A stretch of DNA of 64,000 nt from Octopus vulgaris. Lineage: Eukaryota. The DNA lies in contig OX597814.1 in assembly GCA_951406725.2 (NCBI GenBank), positions 112,902,001 through 112,966,000 on the forward strand, given 5' to 3'. Position 1 is the first letter of the stretch. Every line of letters begins with the position of its first letter. Below, piece after piece: positions 37,822 through 50,828 of the stretch. The translations under genes and the position numbers were made by a program. The notes below the pieces were generated by a model. That model made no database searches. It was not told the origin of the DNA and was given only the letters and a program-made list of their open reading frames with translations.

Positions 37822-39165
37822 TTATTTACATTATTTACATTTGATGGATATTTGTCCTCATCTTGTTTCTTGTTAACATAACGTTTCAGCTGATATACCC
37901 TCCAGCCTTCATCAGGTGTCTTGGGAAAATTTCAAACCTGGGTTCTCATTCTTAAGATATTTTTCAATGTTGTTGTTATTATTATTTTATGTTTGACTTA
38001 TGCTTTACATTTGTACAAGTTGGCTCCAAGTCTAGCTCGGAGACCTCAAGAGACAACAAGTTGGAAGTTCATGTTGGTGTTATGTCTAGGGTGTCATATA
38101 TTTGGTTTTGCACATAGTATTGTTCTAGAGAATGTTTAAGAAAAACATGAGAAAATGATGAGTTTGTTTTAAAATTTGAGATTACATAGAAAGTATTTTA
38201 CGTAGGATATGGGCAATTCCCATGAGCACTATCTTTTGAATTTCTGCCATTTTGGGGTTTATTGTTATCTGAGTTAGGTAGCAATCAGCCCCTTTTGCTA
38301 TCATTCCCAGGGCATTATTATTATCATTATTATTATTATTCTATGTTTGACTTTTGCTTTATATTTGTACAAGTTGGCTCCAAGTCTCACCCAGAGACCT
38401 CAAGTGACAACAGGTTGGAAGTTCATGTTGTTGTTATGCCTAATGTGCCATATATTTGTTTTTTTTTGTTTTTTGGGGGGTGTTGTACTAGTGAATGTCC
38501 AAAAAAAAAACGAAAATTATGTGTTTTAAACGCTGAGATTACATAGAATGTATTTTGCGTAGATATTATTATTATTATTATTATTATTCAGGTCACTGAC
38601 TGGAATCAAACTTGGTTCAATTCCAGGCAGTGACCTGAATAATGATAATAATAATAATAATATCGAAACATACCTTAGGAATGAGAACTCAGTACATTAT
38701 TTACATTTGACGGATATTTGTCCTCATCTTGTTTGTTAACACAATGTTTCGGCTGATATACCCTCCAGCCTTCATCAGGTGTCTTGGGGAAATTTCGAAC
38801 CTGGGTTCTCATTCCTAAGGTATTTTTCGATGTTATTATTATTACTCAGGTTACAGCCTGGAATCAAACTCAGAATCTTGGGGTTAGCAGCCTGCACTCT
38901 TAACCACTATGCCATATGCCCGTGATGAAGGCTGGAGGTTATATAAGATGAAACGTTGTGTTAATAACAAGCAAGATGAGGACAAGTATCCATCATATGT
39001 AAATAATGTACATAATTCCTCATCTCTTAAATATAGAACTGTATGAGAACCCAGGTTCAAAATTTCCCCAAGACACCTGATGAAGGCTGGAGGGCATATC
39101 AGCTGAAACATTGTGTTAACAACAAACAAGATGAGGACAAGTATTTGTCAAATGTAAATAATATA
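37822..39165. mobile_element. Cluster of the same HHR element (inverted and tandem units) with nested R4-like fragments; another partial pair at ~36760-36995
   Basis: HHR motifs at ~37877-37920(-), 38738-38783(-), ~38923-38962(+, partial) and ~39072-39117(+). Confidence 0.7.
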
Positions 39166-39325
39166 AAAAAGTTTCTTAACTCCGCTCTCATACCTTCACT
39201 TATAGATATGTCTCTACATAAAATGAATTTCTCTATTACAGAAATAATTAACAACTAAAATTAATCTTTGATTAATTTAAATCTTGTGATTATACTTCCT
39301 CTTTTTGTTCTTTTTTTTTTTCCAG

Positions 39326-39451
39326 GTCACCATGTTTTAGAGCAGAGTGGAGAGCTTGTCTGTACAAAACCGTTTCCATCAATGCCAATATATTTCTGGA
39401 ATGATCCTCAGAATTTGAAATACAAAAAAGCCTATTTTTCTAAATTTGCTG
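39326..39451 (+). CDS. AACS: AACS exon ([42 protein letters not shown])
   Basis: T-tract plus ccag acceptor, gtaaa donor; [13 protein letters not shown] motif. Confidence 0.96.
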
Positions 39452-42009
39452 GTAAACCTCTTTCGTCCTTTTTTTGAGTGCTTTATTTTCTGCTTCAAAA
39501 TACTTCACTTACTCATTCACATTCTTTCCTTTCATCATCAATCTTCATCATCATCATCGTTTAACGTCCGTTTTCCATGCTGGCATGGGTTGGACGGTTC
39601 GACTGGGGTCTGGGAAACCAGGAGGCTGCACCAGGCTCCAATCTGATCTGGCAGAGTTTCTACAGCTGGATGTCCTTCCTAACGCCAACCACTCCAAGAG
39701 TGTAGTGTGTGCTTTTTATGTGCCACAGGCATAGGGGCCAGAGGTGGCTGGCACCGACCACATTTGGATGGTGCTTTTACATGCCACCGACACAGGAGAC
39801 AGTCGGGGCAAAGGGCTGGCATCAACCATGTTTGGATGGTACTTTTTACATGCTACCAGCACGATATTCTTTAATTATACTCATGTTGAGTGTGAAGGCA
39901 CATGGCTTGATTTCAGTTCGCAAATTGTAAGGCTATGAGTTCGATTCCCAGTGGTGTGTCATGTCCTTGAGCCAGATACTTCATTTCATGTTACTCCAGT
40001 CCATGCAGCTGGCAAAAATTTGATCAAATGATCGGTCTTGTCACATTCTGTCATCATTTAATGTCCATTGTCCATGCTGGCATGGGTTGGATGGTTTGAC
40101 TGTGCTGGCTGCTGGAAGGCTGCATCAGACTCCAGTCTGATTTGGCATGGTTTTCTATGGCTGGATGCCCTTCCTAATGCCAACCACTCCAAGAGTGTAA
40201 TGGGTGCTTTAATGTGCCTCTGTTACGGGTGCCATTTGTGTGACACTGGGGTGCTTATACATGCCACCGGTTACTCCCATGACTGCGATTTTGCTCAACT
40301 TGATGGGTCTTCTTCTCAAGCACAACATAATGTAAAAGGTCTTAGTCATTGCCTCTGTGAGGCCCAACACTTAAAAAGAACTCAGCCACTTTACCTCCAT
40401 GAAGCCCAACACTCAAGAGGAACTCAGCCACTCGAGTACTGGGCCTCACAGAGGCATCTCTGAGGACTATGTTATGGGTACGTGTGTCTGTGGAGTGCTC
40501 AGCCACTTGCATACTACTATCACAAGCCAGATGTTCTGTTGACCAGATTTACTGGAACCCTCGTCATCAAAAGCAACAGTGCCAGTTCAGGGTATTTGGC
40601 TCATGATCATAAGGCTGGGAGTTCAATTCCCAGCAATGCATCGTCTCTTGAGCAAGTCACTTTTTTTCATGTTGTTCCAGTCCACTCAGCTGGCAAAAAT
40701 GAGTTGTACCTATATTTCAAAGAGCCGGCCTCATCACATTCTGTGTCATGCTGAATCTCCCTGAGAACTACGTCAAGGGTACATATGTGTCTGTGGAGTG
40801 CTCAGCATGGGTTGGACAGTTGATTTTGACTGTTGTTCAGTTATGCCTACATGCAGCCGAAGAAACATATTTTCATTGATCAACACCACCAGTCATCACC
40901 ACAGACTAGACTAACAAGCCTCTTGAACGTGACATTCTGTATTTGCTTAATGTTATCAGTCATTTATTGTTATTATAAAGGTTTCATACCAATAAGCAGT
41001 TTCCATTCAAAACTGATAATAGTAAATACATGCAATTTTATGAGACACTTTCTGATCACATGTTTCCTTTTGTCTGCTAACCCATCTAAATTATAGATTC
41101 TGAAAGTAATCAATATATCATCATCATCACCTTTCTAATGTCCACTTTTCTGTGATTGCATAAGTCAGATGGAGTTCAGTGAAAGATTGTCTTTGATCGG
41201 ATGCCCTTCATGTCACCAACCCTCGCCAAGTTCCATAGTCTGTTTTTGCTTGGTTTCCACAGCTGGATGCTCTTCCTTACACCAACTACTCCATAAAGTG
41301 TACCGGGTGCTTTTTACATGGCACCATCACCTGTGGAAAATTTGTTTTATTAATTTCCTTTAAAAATTCGGTTCTAGTGTTATCATCGTCATTTAATGTC
41401 TACTTTCCATGCTGGCATGGGTTGGACGGTTTGACTGAGAACTTGTAAGCCAGGAGGGAGGCTGCACCAGGCCCCAATCTGATTTGGCAAAGTTTCTACT
41501 GCTGGATACCCTTCCTAATGCCAACCACTCTGAAAGTGTGGTAGGTACTTTTTATGTGCCACCAGCACAGGTGCCAGTGAGGCAGCACTGGCATTGGCCA
41601 TGCTCAAATGGTGGTGATTATGTGCCACCTGCATGGGTGCCAGTCGGGTGGCACTGGCATCAGTCACGCTCAAATGGTGCTTTTTATGTTCCACTGGCAC
41701 AGGTGCCAGTCATGCAGCACTCATATGGTGCTTTTTACGTGCCACCAGCACAGGTGTCAGCCAGGCAGCACTGGCGTTGGCCACATTCGAATAGTGTTTT
41801 TTACGTGTCTCCAGCACAGGTGCCAGTTAGGTGGCACTGGCATCAGCCATGCTCAAATGGTGCTTTTTATGTGTCACTGGCACGGGTGCCAGTCAGGCAG
41901 CACTAGCATCAGCCACACTCAAATGGTGCTTTTTACATGCCACCAGCATCTATGATTTAGTATCACTCTGTCAATAAATGTTATGTAAATAAACTTTTTT
42001 ATTCTTCAG

Positions 42010-42079
42010 GTGTATGGGTACAAGGTGATTTCTGCAAGATTAATCCTGACACTGGAGGTATTGTAATGCTGGGTCGGAG
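42010..42079 (+). CDS. AACS: AACS exon ([23 protein letters not shown])
   Basis: ttcag acceptor, gtgaa donor, phases 1/2; GD...GRSD hinge motif. Confidence 0.95.
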
Positions 42080-42607
42080 GTGAATAATCACACTTCTTGT
42101 CTCATTTTATGTGAATATATATATCTTAAGTTGTAGCAATGTGGTGTAATAATGAAATAAGCTTGCAATCATGAGGCAATGAGTTCGATTCCCGGACCGG
42201 GCTGTGTGTTGTGTTCTTGAGCAAGACACTTCATTTCACGTTGCTCCAGTTCACTCAACGGTAGAAATGAGTTGTGACGTCACTGGTGCCAAGCTGTATT
42301 GGGTTTTGTCTCTCCTTTGGATGATATCAGTGGTGTGGAGAGGGGAAGTTTGCATGCATGTGCACATAATGTTCTTATTGTAGTTGGAGGTACTTTGAAT
42401 TCCAGTATCAATAGCTGAATCAGTTGTAAACATCATCGATGGTTTTCATATGAAATTATATAGGGGTCAGCAAAAGTAGGTGGCACTGGTATCATCCACA
42501 ACAACAATTTCCATTTGATTGTAATTTGATTTTGAATTTACTTGACTCAATAGGTTTCCTCAAGCACAGCATATCACCTGACAATTCAAAGATACTTTTT
42601 AAACAGA

Positions 42608-42838
42608 TGGTGAGCTGGCAGAAACGTTAGTGCGCCAGGCGAAATGCTTAGCGGTATTTCGTCTGTCGTTACGTTCTGAGTTCAAATTCCGCTGAGGTCA
42701 ACTTTGCCTTTCATCCTTTCAGGGTCGATAAATAAAGTACCAGTTTCGCACTGGGGTCAATGTAATCGACTTAATCCCTTTGCCTGTCCTTGTTTGTCCC
42801 CTCTGTGTTTAGCCCCTTGTGGGTAGTAAAAAAATAAA
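42608..42838 (+). mobile_element. SINE family C (other copies ~15557-15760, 16455-16685 -, 16818-17030, 31825-32038 -, 52745-53322 - tandem, 55265-55483)
   Basis: Head ggcgagctggcagaaacgttagc...gagttcaaattcc; central gcctttcatcctttcggggtcgataaattaagtaccag, reminiscent of the Meta-type SINE domain (from recall). Confidence 0.75.
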
Positions 42839-43509
42839 TACTTTTTAAATAGGCTGGTTATGCAACAAGAGATTAAAAGAACATTTCACTCCTACTGAGC
42901 ATTTGTATGCCTACTTTTGCTCATTCCTGTATATCCACAGTTGTATGTATTGTGAAGGCATGTGGGCTGGTGCTTAGAGTACTGTGCTCACGATTATATA
43001 GTCATTAGTTTAATTCCTGTGCCAGGCAGTATGTTGTCTCTTTAAGCAAGGTGCTTAATTTCATGTTGCTTCAATCTGCTCAGTTAAAATAAGTACCAGC
43101 CTTCTGGCTGTCACATCGTTAATGACCCACTGGATCAGGGATGGAAGGCCTCTGCCTGCTTGTGACTATGTACACATCCAAAAAAAATTAGTGTAAATAT
43201 TGTACATGCTACCAAGACATCCTTGATTCCAAGTGTTTGGCTCTTGTAAAATGTAAATATATTCACACTCACACACACACGTATTGTTAATGTTAATAAA
43301 AAAAAGTGCATAAAACGTCATCATTTAATATCCATGTTCCATGCTGGTATGGGTTGATTGGTTTGACAAGATCTGATGGGTCCAAGGACTGCATCATGCA
43401 CCAGCATCTATTTTGGTATGGTTTCTACAGCCAGAGGCTATTCTTAGCAACGGCTATTTTACACTAAGCACTGGGTGTATCTGTGCGAGTGTGAGACCAC
43501 CACTACTGA

Positions 43510-44165
43510 TTTACATTGTGCAGGTGGCACATAAAAAGCACCATTTGAGCGTGGTCATTGCCAGTACTGCCTGAATGGCCCTTGTGCCGGTGGCACATAA
43601 AAGCACCCACTACACTCTCGGAGTGGTTGGCATTAGGAAGGGCATCCAGCTGTAGAAACACTGCCAGATCAGATTGGAGTCTGGTGCAACCATCTGGTTC
43701 GCCAGACCTCAGTCAAATCGTCCAACCCATGCTAGCATGGAAAGTGGACGTTAAGCAATGATGATGACAGATATTTGTCACAATGTTTCGGCTGATATAC
43801 TCTCCAGCCTTCATCAAGTGTCTTGGAGAAAATTTGGAACCTGGGTTCTCATTTCTAAGGTATTTTTCGATGTTATTATTATTATATGCCCGTGGGCCCA
43901 CAGGCATATGGCATAGTGGTTAAGAGCGCAGGCTACTAACCCGAAGACTCTGAGTCCGATTCCTGGCAGTGACCTGAATAATAATAATATCAGAAAAATA
44001 CTTTAGGAATGAGAACCCAGGTTTGAAATTCCCCCAAGACACCTGATGAAAGCTGGAGGGTACATCAGCTGAAACGTTATGTTAACAACAAACAAGATGA
44101 GGACAAACATCTGTCTAATGTAAATAATGTACATTATTCCTCATCTCTCAAATATAGAACTGTAT
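43510..44165. mobile_element. Same HHR element, inverted pair, with 12-bp TSD; left arm interrupted by an RTE tail (~43518-43767)
   Basis: TSD caccactactga at 43498-43509 and 44166-44177; central palindrome atatgcccgtgggcccacaggcatat. Confidence 0.78.
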
Positions 44166-44532
44166 CACCACTACTGAGGTCACCATGCCAGACTACAAAC
44201 CTTGAGAGGTGGCTTTATGCTAGAAGATAAGAGGTTAAAGTATGAGAAGGGACCAGAGCAGGATGGGTTTCTTGCTGTAAAGGGACAGCATAGCTACACA
44301 CATTATTATGTGTAAGGCAGCAGGCTGGCAGAATTGTTAGCATGCTGGGTAAAATGCTTAGCAGTATTTCATCTTTACATTCTGAGTTTGAATTCTGCCC
44401 CTTTCATCCCTTCAGCTGAATAATGAGATTGATGTAATCGACTTACGTGGTTCCTCAAAATTGCTGGTCTTGTGCCAAAATTTGAAATCATATATATAGT
44501 GCCCCAGCTTCAGTACTGCAATAAACTACAAG

Positions 44533-44830
44533 CAGGGCTGGATTAAGACCCATCAAGGCCCTAAGCACTTGAAAGATTTTGGTGCCCCCATAAAAGATTA
44601 TGTCATTCAAAATATAAACAATAACAAACCATAAAATAAACTTTTATTTTTCAAAACGAAACCAAACAGTAAGAGGGAAAATAATGTTTATTTTTGTCTA
44701 CTTCCACTTTATTTATATTTGAAAAGTTTCCTCCTACTTTTCTGAATTACAAAGTCTTTGATCAAATCCTCAAAATTAATCTTAGGTAACACATCTGCAT
44801 CTATGCTTAGTAGAGATAAAGGCATCCCGA
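44533..44830 (-). mobile_element. hAT transposon 3' remnant
   Basis: CAGGGCTGGATTAAG terminus; - strand peptide 'LSLLSIDADVLPKINFEDLIKDF..KSRRK' resembles the end of a hAT dimerisation domain. Confidence 0.65.
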
Positions 44831-45096
44831 ATATTATTTTATCAAGTTTAAAGTGATTTCTTTTGTGCCATAAACCATTTACCATTTCTGTGCTGCCCAC
44901 TCCTTCCCTTAATGCCCTAAACACATGCTTATTTGGCTTAATGGTTATTCCAGCACTGACCACAAGCATGCTAGTTCAAATTTTAGCCTTTCTAGCATAG
45001 AAAAAGCAAAATAAATCAAAAAGAAATGAAAACATTCTGTCCTATTACATACATCTTTATTCAAACCTACCACTTTCCATAATGTTTTTATTGCAG

Positions 45097-45155
45097 TGAT
45101 GGTACCTTGAATCCCAATGGAGTACGATTTGGAAGTGCTGAAATTTATCAAGTTG
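45097..45155 (+). CDS. AACS: AACS exon (SDGTLNPNGVRFGSAEIYQV)
   Basis: tgcag acceptor, gtaagt donor; DGTLNPNGVRFGS motif. Confidence 0.96.
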
Positions 45156-45881
45156 GTAAGTTAGCATAAAAAATTTGACATTATTCTTATTTTTCTCTCC
45201 AAACTTCGTTGACAGTGTGTATTATGTTCTTTGGAGAATTTCTCAAAACTACGTAATACTGTTTTGGTGATTTTCATCATTTAGCATCCACATTTCCATG
45301 CTGGCATGGGTTAGACAGAATTTGTGGAGATAGATTTCGTTTGACTGGAGGCCTTTCCCATTGCCAACCCTCACCTGTTTCCAAGCAAAGTAAGATTTTC
45401 CTAATGGTCAGACATTGTCTAACACAGAAGATTAGAAATGAACAGCAGTATTTGTATGATGGTAAAGTTCTCATGATGTCAAGACAAGGAGACATACACA
45501 TGCACACACACACACACTCTCTCTCACATGTGCGCACACATACATAAACTCCACACACACCACCAATATATCATCTTAACATCGGCTTTTCCATGCCGGC
45601 ATGGGTTGAACACTTCAACTAGATCCAAAGTGTCAGAGGACCTTACCTTGCTCAAATATCTCATTTTTGGCACGATTTCCACAGCTGGGTGCCCTTCCTA
45701 ATGCCAACCACTTTATAAAGAGTATTTGGTGCTTATGTGACACCATCATCCATGCCTTTTAGGTGTTAATGGTGTTAGGGGATTAAATGGGTGGGGTGGG
45801 GGTGACAGGGTAATTACCTTCATGTGTGTTAAAACATTTTGTATCTTGGAAGAGTCATTATACCAATATTATTATTATTAT

Positions 45882-46278
45882 ACGTTTGACTTTTGCTTTG
45901 GATTTGTACAAGTTGACTCCAAGTGTCACCCAGAGACCTTAAGAGACAACAAGTTGGAAGTTCATGTTGGTGTTATGCCTTGGGTGCCATATATTTGGTT
46001 TTGCACATAGTATTGTTCTAGAGAATGTTTAAGAAAACATAAGAAAATTATGAGTTTGTTTTAAAATTTGAGATTACATAGACAGTATTTTACATAGCAG
46101 TTCCCATGTGCACTATCTTTTGAATTTCTGCCATTTTGGGGTTTCCTGTTATCTGAGCTAGGTAGGAATCAGCCCCTTTTGCTATCATTCCTAGGGCACC
46201 TGTGACAACAGGTATTGTTTTAGTCTTCAGGTTCCACATTTTGTCAATTTCCATTTCAAGATCTTTATACTTGCCCAG

Positions 46279-46281
<3 letters not shown>
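45882..46281 (-). mobile_element. R4/Dong-like 3' fragment flanked on both sides by (TTA)n; related fragments at ~37985-38312 and ~38340-38563
   Basis: - strand 'KLGKYKDLEMEIDKMWNLKTKTIPVVTGALGMIAKG...IQKIVHMGTA'. Confidence 0.8.
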
Positions 46282-46311
<30 letters not shown>

Positions 46312-46398
46312 GTCATAATGGCCCTCTCAAGATACAACAAAAGAAGTGCAGCAGTATTTAAATGGTTTTAAGTAATCCCACTTTTAATATGGTTGTAG

Positions 46399-46604
46399 TT
46401 GAAACATTCGTTGAAATCCAAGATTGTCTTTGTGTGGCTCAAAGGAAAATGGATGGATCAGATGAACGAGCAATCCTTTTTATCAAAATGGCAAATAACC
46501 AGCAATTCACTGAAGAACTAAAGAAAGATATTTGTTCTCACATCCGCACATCTTTATCGAGTCGGCATGTTCCTGCTTATGTCCTTCCAATCAAAGATAT
46601 TCCA
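46399..46604 (+). CDS. AACS: AACS exon (VETFVEIQDCLCVAQ...IRTSLSSRHVPAYVLPIKDIP)
   Basis: gtag acceptor, gtaagt donor, phases 1/0; LSxRHVP motif. Confidence 0.94.
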
Positions 46605-47789
46605 GTAAGTATCTTTTAACAGCTCTTATATTAATTCCTTCGGCAAACCTTTTTCTTTTCTTTATTTTTTCTTTTTTTTTTCCCTCAGCTTTCATGCTTT
46701 ATCATCATCATCATCGTCATCATCCTCATTTATTAATGTCCATTTTCTATGCTGGCATGGGTTCCACGGAGGTAATGATAAATGACCAAGACCTTTGGTA
46801 ATACGCTGTGCTTGAGAAGGAAGATCTGTCAAGCCAAGTGAAATTGTAGTCATGGCAGATGCTGGTGTCACACAACTGGCACATAAAAGCACTCATTACA
46901 CTCTCAGAGTGATTAACATTAGGAAGGGCATCCAGCTGTAGAAACCTTGCCAAATCAGACTGGAGCCTGGTGCAGCCCTAGTCAAACTGTCCAACCCATG
47001 CCAGCATGGACAATGGACATTAAGTGATGATGATGATTTACATGGACCCTTAAAATACTACAGTGGATCCCTATTTTGTTAGCATAGACCCCGCCCCCAA
47101 TCTATGGTCCCTGGTTGAGAACCACTGCTCTAAGTATTCAGTTTTGTATCACTCACCAAGTCTCTTTGTAAGGAAGAACTTTTTGAGGGGCACTACCAGA
47201 AACATCATCATCATCGTTTAATGTCCGCATTCCATGCTGGCATAAGTGGGAGGGTTGACAGGAGCCAGCCAGGCAGAAGCTTGCACCAGACTTCTGTGGC
47301 AGTTTTGGCAGGATTTTTACAACCCTTCCTAACATCAACCACCCTTCAGAGTGGACTGAGTCCTTTTTACATGGTGCAAGCATCAGCAAGGTCAGTTTTG
47401 GCAAGGTTTTTACAGCTGGATGCCCTTCCAACCACTTTACAGTTTGGACTGGATGCTTTTTAAGTGGCACCTGCCTTGATGGGCTCGCCAAGTACCTTGC
47501 AAGGCAAAACATTTTTTTGAGAGGAGATGGGGAATTGGAGGAGGTGATCTTGTGTCTGATGATGAAAGGTTATAGTGAGACAGACAGACAGAAACAAGTG
47601 TCTTGCTGTAGAGGAGGTACAAGGTTACCTCGTAGGAGAGAGAGAGATCAGGGATGAAGACAGAAACAGATGTACTGCTGCAAAGGAGATACATGGTTAC
47701 CCAACCTGAGGGAAGAGTAGAAGGAGAGAGAGAATGGTAGACAGCAGGATAGAGATGGTGGCAAAATTTTTCTTTTTCCTCTTTATGCC

Positions 47790-48090
47790 TTTAACCCTCC
47801 AACGCGGAGTATAGGCCACTTATAGTTGAATTCCATGTCGTATAATTTTTGGCTTCTGTACTTATACTTTGCCATGAATGTCCCCTTTCTCTAGTTCCTT
47901 TTGTGTTGATCTACACCATGAGTTCTTAGGCCTACCTCTCCTTCTATATCCATCTGGTTTCCACTGTAAAGCACTTTTTGTTACATTTGGTGCGTCTTTT
48001 CTAATTGTGCTACCAATCCACTTCCACTTTTTCTTAAATATTTGCTTCCTAATCGAAACTTCATGTTCTTTGCCATAGCTCCATATTGCT
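47790..48090 (-). mobile_element. RTE-like LINE C-terminal fragment (different family)
   Basis: - strand peptide 'KWKWIG...ALQWKPDGYRRRGRPKNSW'. Confidence 0.65.
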
Positions 48091-48411
48091 TATGTGTTCA
48101 GTGGCAAAATGCTGGGTATATTCACAAGGGCCAGGGATCAAAATATAAATGGGATGGTTGAGTAAAGGAAGAGAGAGATATAGATGGTGGCAAGTGCCAG
48201 GGAATAACCCTTGAGGTTCAAACGTCATAATATAAATGGCTCAGAATTCAATTATAGATTTTTCCTGTTTTGCTAAATTTAAATTAATTTCATATAGCTA
48301 ATCAGTCATATTTTTTTCTTCATTAACGAACTTAAATATTTCATCTTCGTCAAATCAAAATACCAATATTTACCAATTTTTTCTTTTTTCTTTCTTTTTG
48401 ATATTTTCTAG

Positions 48412-48549
48412 TATACCATAAATGGAAAAAAAGTTGAAATAGCCATCAGTAAAATCATAAGCGGCCAAAATGTGTCACAACGCGGCGCTTTATCAAATCC
48501 AGAATCCTTGGATCTTTACAGCAACATTAAAGTCTTGCAGAATTATTGA
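48412..48549 (+). CDS. AACS: AACS terminal coding exon ([45 protein letters not shown])
   Basis: Pyrimidine tract plus ctag acceptor; PYTxNGKKVE with catalytic Lys; TGA at 48547-48549. Confidence 0.96.
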   Translation, partial: YTINGKKVEIAISKIISGQNVSQRGALSNPESLDLYSNIKVLQNY

Positions 48550-49362
48550 CCAGTTAAAAAGTGAACCTGATCTCGTCTCTGAATCCTGAGAAAATAATTC
48601 AGCCTAGAATACTTGCCACTTACCCAAAAAGTGATCTTTATATTTTTGGTGATAATTATCAGGGATGTCTTTGTATATAGTGATGTATTTATCGAGAAAA
48701 TTTGAATTTTTGCTGTTTTTTTTTTTTTTATATTGTATTTTCCCAGATTGTTACTGATGTAAAAGCGATTAATTTTTTTCTTAATTAATCCTGCTAGTTT
48801 CCCCACTTTCATCTCTCCAATTCCATAAGAAGAGGAGGCAAGAGACAACTTATTACTACAAACTACTGGAACGATTGATTTTATTTTTTATTTCCTTCCA
48901 TGTTTCCCTCTATTGCAGAAATTTTTCTATCAGGCCCAAATACACTTGAAAAATACCATAAATTACTATTTTTATAAACATTGCCCCCCCAACACTCTCC
49001 AATTACTTCTGCTTTTACCAGCTTTACTAAAAAGTGTTAAAGCCATTTTAAACATTGTAAAATTGGTTCCCACAAAGTATTTTGTACACCTTGTTTTTGT
49101 CCAGTCATTTCATAAGGCATTTGTTTCCAAATGGAAATAATTTTTATGATGAACTCCAAAAATCCTATTTATGGACCTCAGGGACCCATTCACAGGGCTG
49201 GTACTTAATTTGAATTTATCTAACATCAAAACAGATAAGAAATATCTTCCTCTATAAGATTCATTAGTCTATTACAAGAAACTTACCCAACAATGAGTTG
49301 AACTCGGCAGAGCAACCTACAAGCATCCAGTCTTTATGTGCTAGTAACCTAATCATCTAATA

Positions 49363-49542
49363 CAGCAGTTCTCAACCGCAGCCCCGGGGCCACATGCATC
49401 CTTCCTGCAAACTCCGACAGTCTTCTGTCTTTAAATATAATAAACCTTTCTTTGACTTGTTTTACCTTTTTTGGTGTGGCCCCCTAAAACAATCCAGGTT
49501 TTGGATCTGGCCCCTGATATAAAAAAAGGTTGAGAACCACTG
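49363..49542. mobile_element. hAT-type MITE in the putative AACS 3'UTR
   Basis: TIRs cagcagttctcaacc / ggttgagaaccactg; 8-bp TSD atctaata/atctgata. Confidence 0.8.
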
Positions 49543-50497
49543 ATCTGATATCTTGACCAACTGGGTCATTGAAAGTTAAATGTAACTGGCCATAGACACA
49601 ATATGCCTGGTACTCACTGCTTACCCTTTGGTTGGTTGTTGTCAGCCTCTGAGTTATTATAGGTGAGGTGAAAAGTGTATGAAATGCTCAACCATGAAAA
49701 TATACCAGAAAAAAATATGCCATGGATACATGCCACAGAATGTGACAAGGCTGGCCCTTTGAAATACAGGTACTATTCATTGTTGCCAGCTGAGTGGACT
49801 GGAGCAACATGAAATAAAGTGTCTTGCTCAAGGACACAAACAGACTGCTAGGAATCGAACTCACAACCTCATGATCATGAACTGAGTACTCTAACCATTA
49901 AGCCATACATCTTCTCGATTTTATTTATAAATGTGTAAGCAAAATAAATTAGTGAAGGGGAGACCAAGCTGAAAATAAAACAAACAGGCGAGATGTGGTC
50001 CTGTCTAGGAGGGCAATAATTCTGAATAAGGACTGATTCAGACTATGACAACCCATCTAACCCATGCCATCATGGAAAGCAGACATAATGATGAGGAAGC
50101 AGAAGAGGAAATCCTCAAGCCATTTGAACATGGCTTTGTATTGAGTCATTAGGCTGTGGCATAAAATTCCTTGTAGTATTAGTTTAAACTCTCAACACTT
50201 TGAGTTCAAATCCTGGGTTGGTGGAACTTGTGAGAAAATCAAACCAGATGCCTTGCAGTTTTGTTTCCTGGTTCTTTGCATTCTAATTTCAAATCCCACC
50301 ATGGCCTACCCTTGGGTGGGTAAATTCAACCCATCGGTTTGGTTTCAAACCACCACCTGGCCCTTTAATTGTTCTCTTTTGCTTATAAAGTTAATCCTGT
50401 AACATTGGTGGGGAAAATATTTTGAATCTCACTTGAAAATCTATTTCTTAGAATATTTTAATATTTTTTAATACTCAGATACATCTGTACACATCTA

Positions 50498-50503
50498 AAT
50501 AAA
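50498..50503 (+). promoter_or_regulatory. Candidate AACS polyadenylation signal
   Basis: AATAAA followed about 18 nt later by GT-rich tgattgttgtttgt; implies a ~2 kb 3'UTR. Confidence 0.5.
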
Positions 50504-50828
50504 GATTTTCATAAAACAGTTGATTGTTGTTTGTATTATTAACACCATTCTTTTGTTAAGGTTATTAATAGTTATGGCCAATCTAACATGGCAGTCCAGA
50601 AAAATAGGACGAAGGCTGCAGTTGATTAGCTCCAAGAGGCCATCGCCTCTAGGAGCTATGTGACGCCTGCTGGTTCACAAGTCCTCAGTCAAATTGTCCA
50701 ACCCATGCTAGCATGGAAAGCAGACATTAAACGATGATGATGTTTTCTAACCGGATGATTTGTCAGGCATTTTGACCAACAGAGAATAATAATCACAAAA
50801 CCCAATATAAAGTAAAAGTTTTAAATAG

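Noticed and set aside
41540-41950. CRISPR-like repeat-spacer array
   Set aside because: Units are degenerate ~60-bp tandem modules of the RTE 3'UTR with non-unique spacers, in a eukaryotic context with no cas genes
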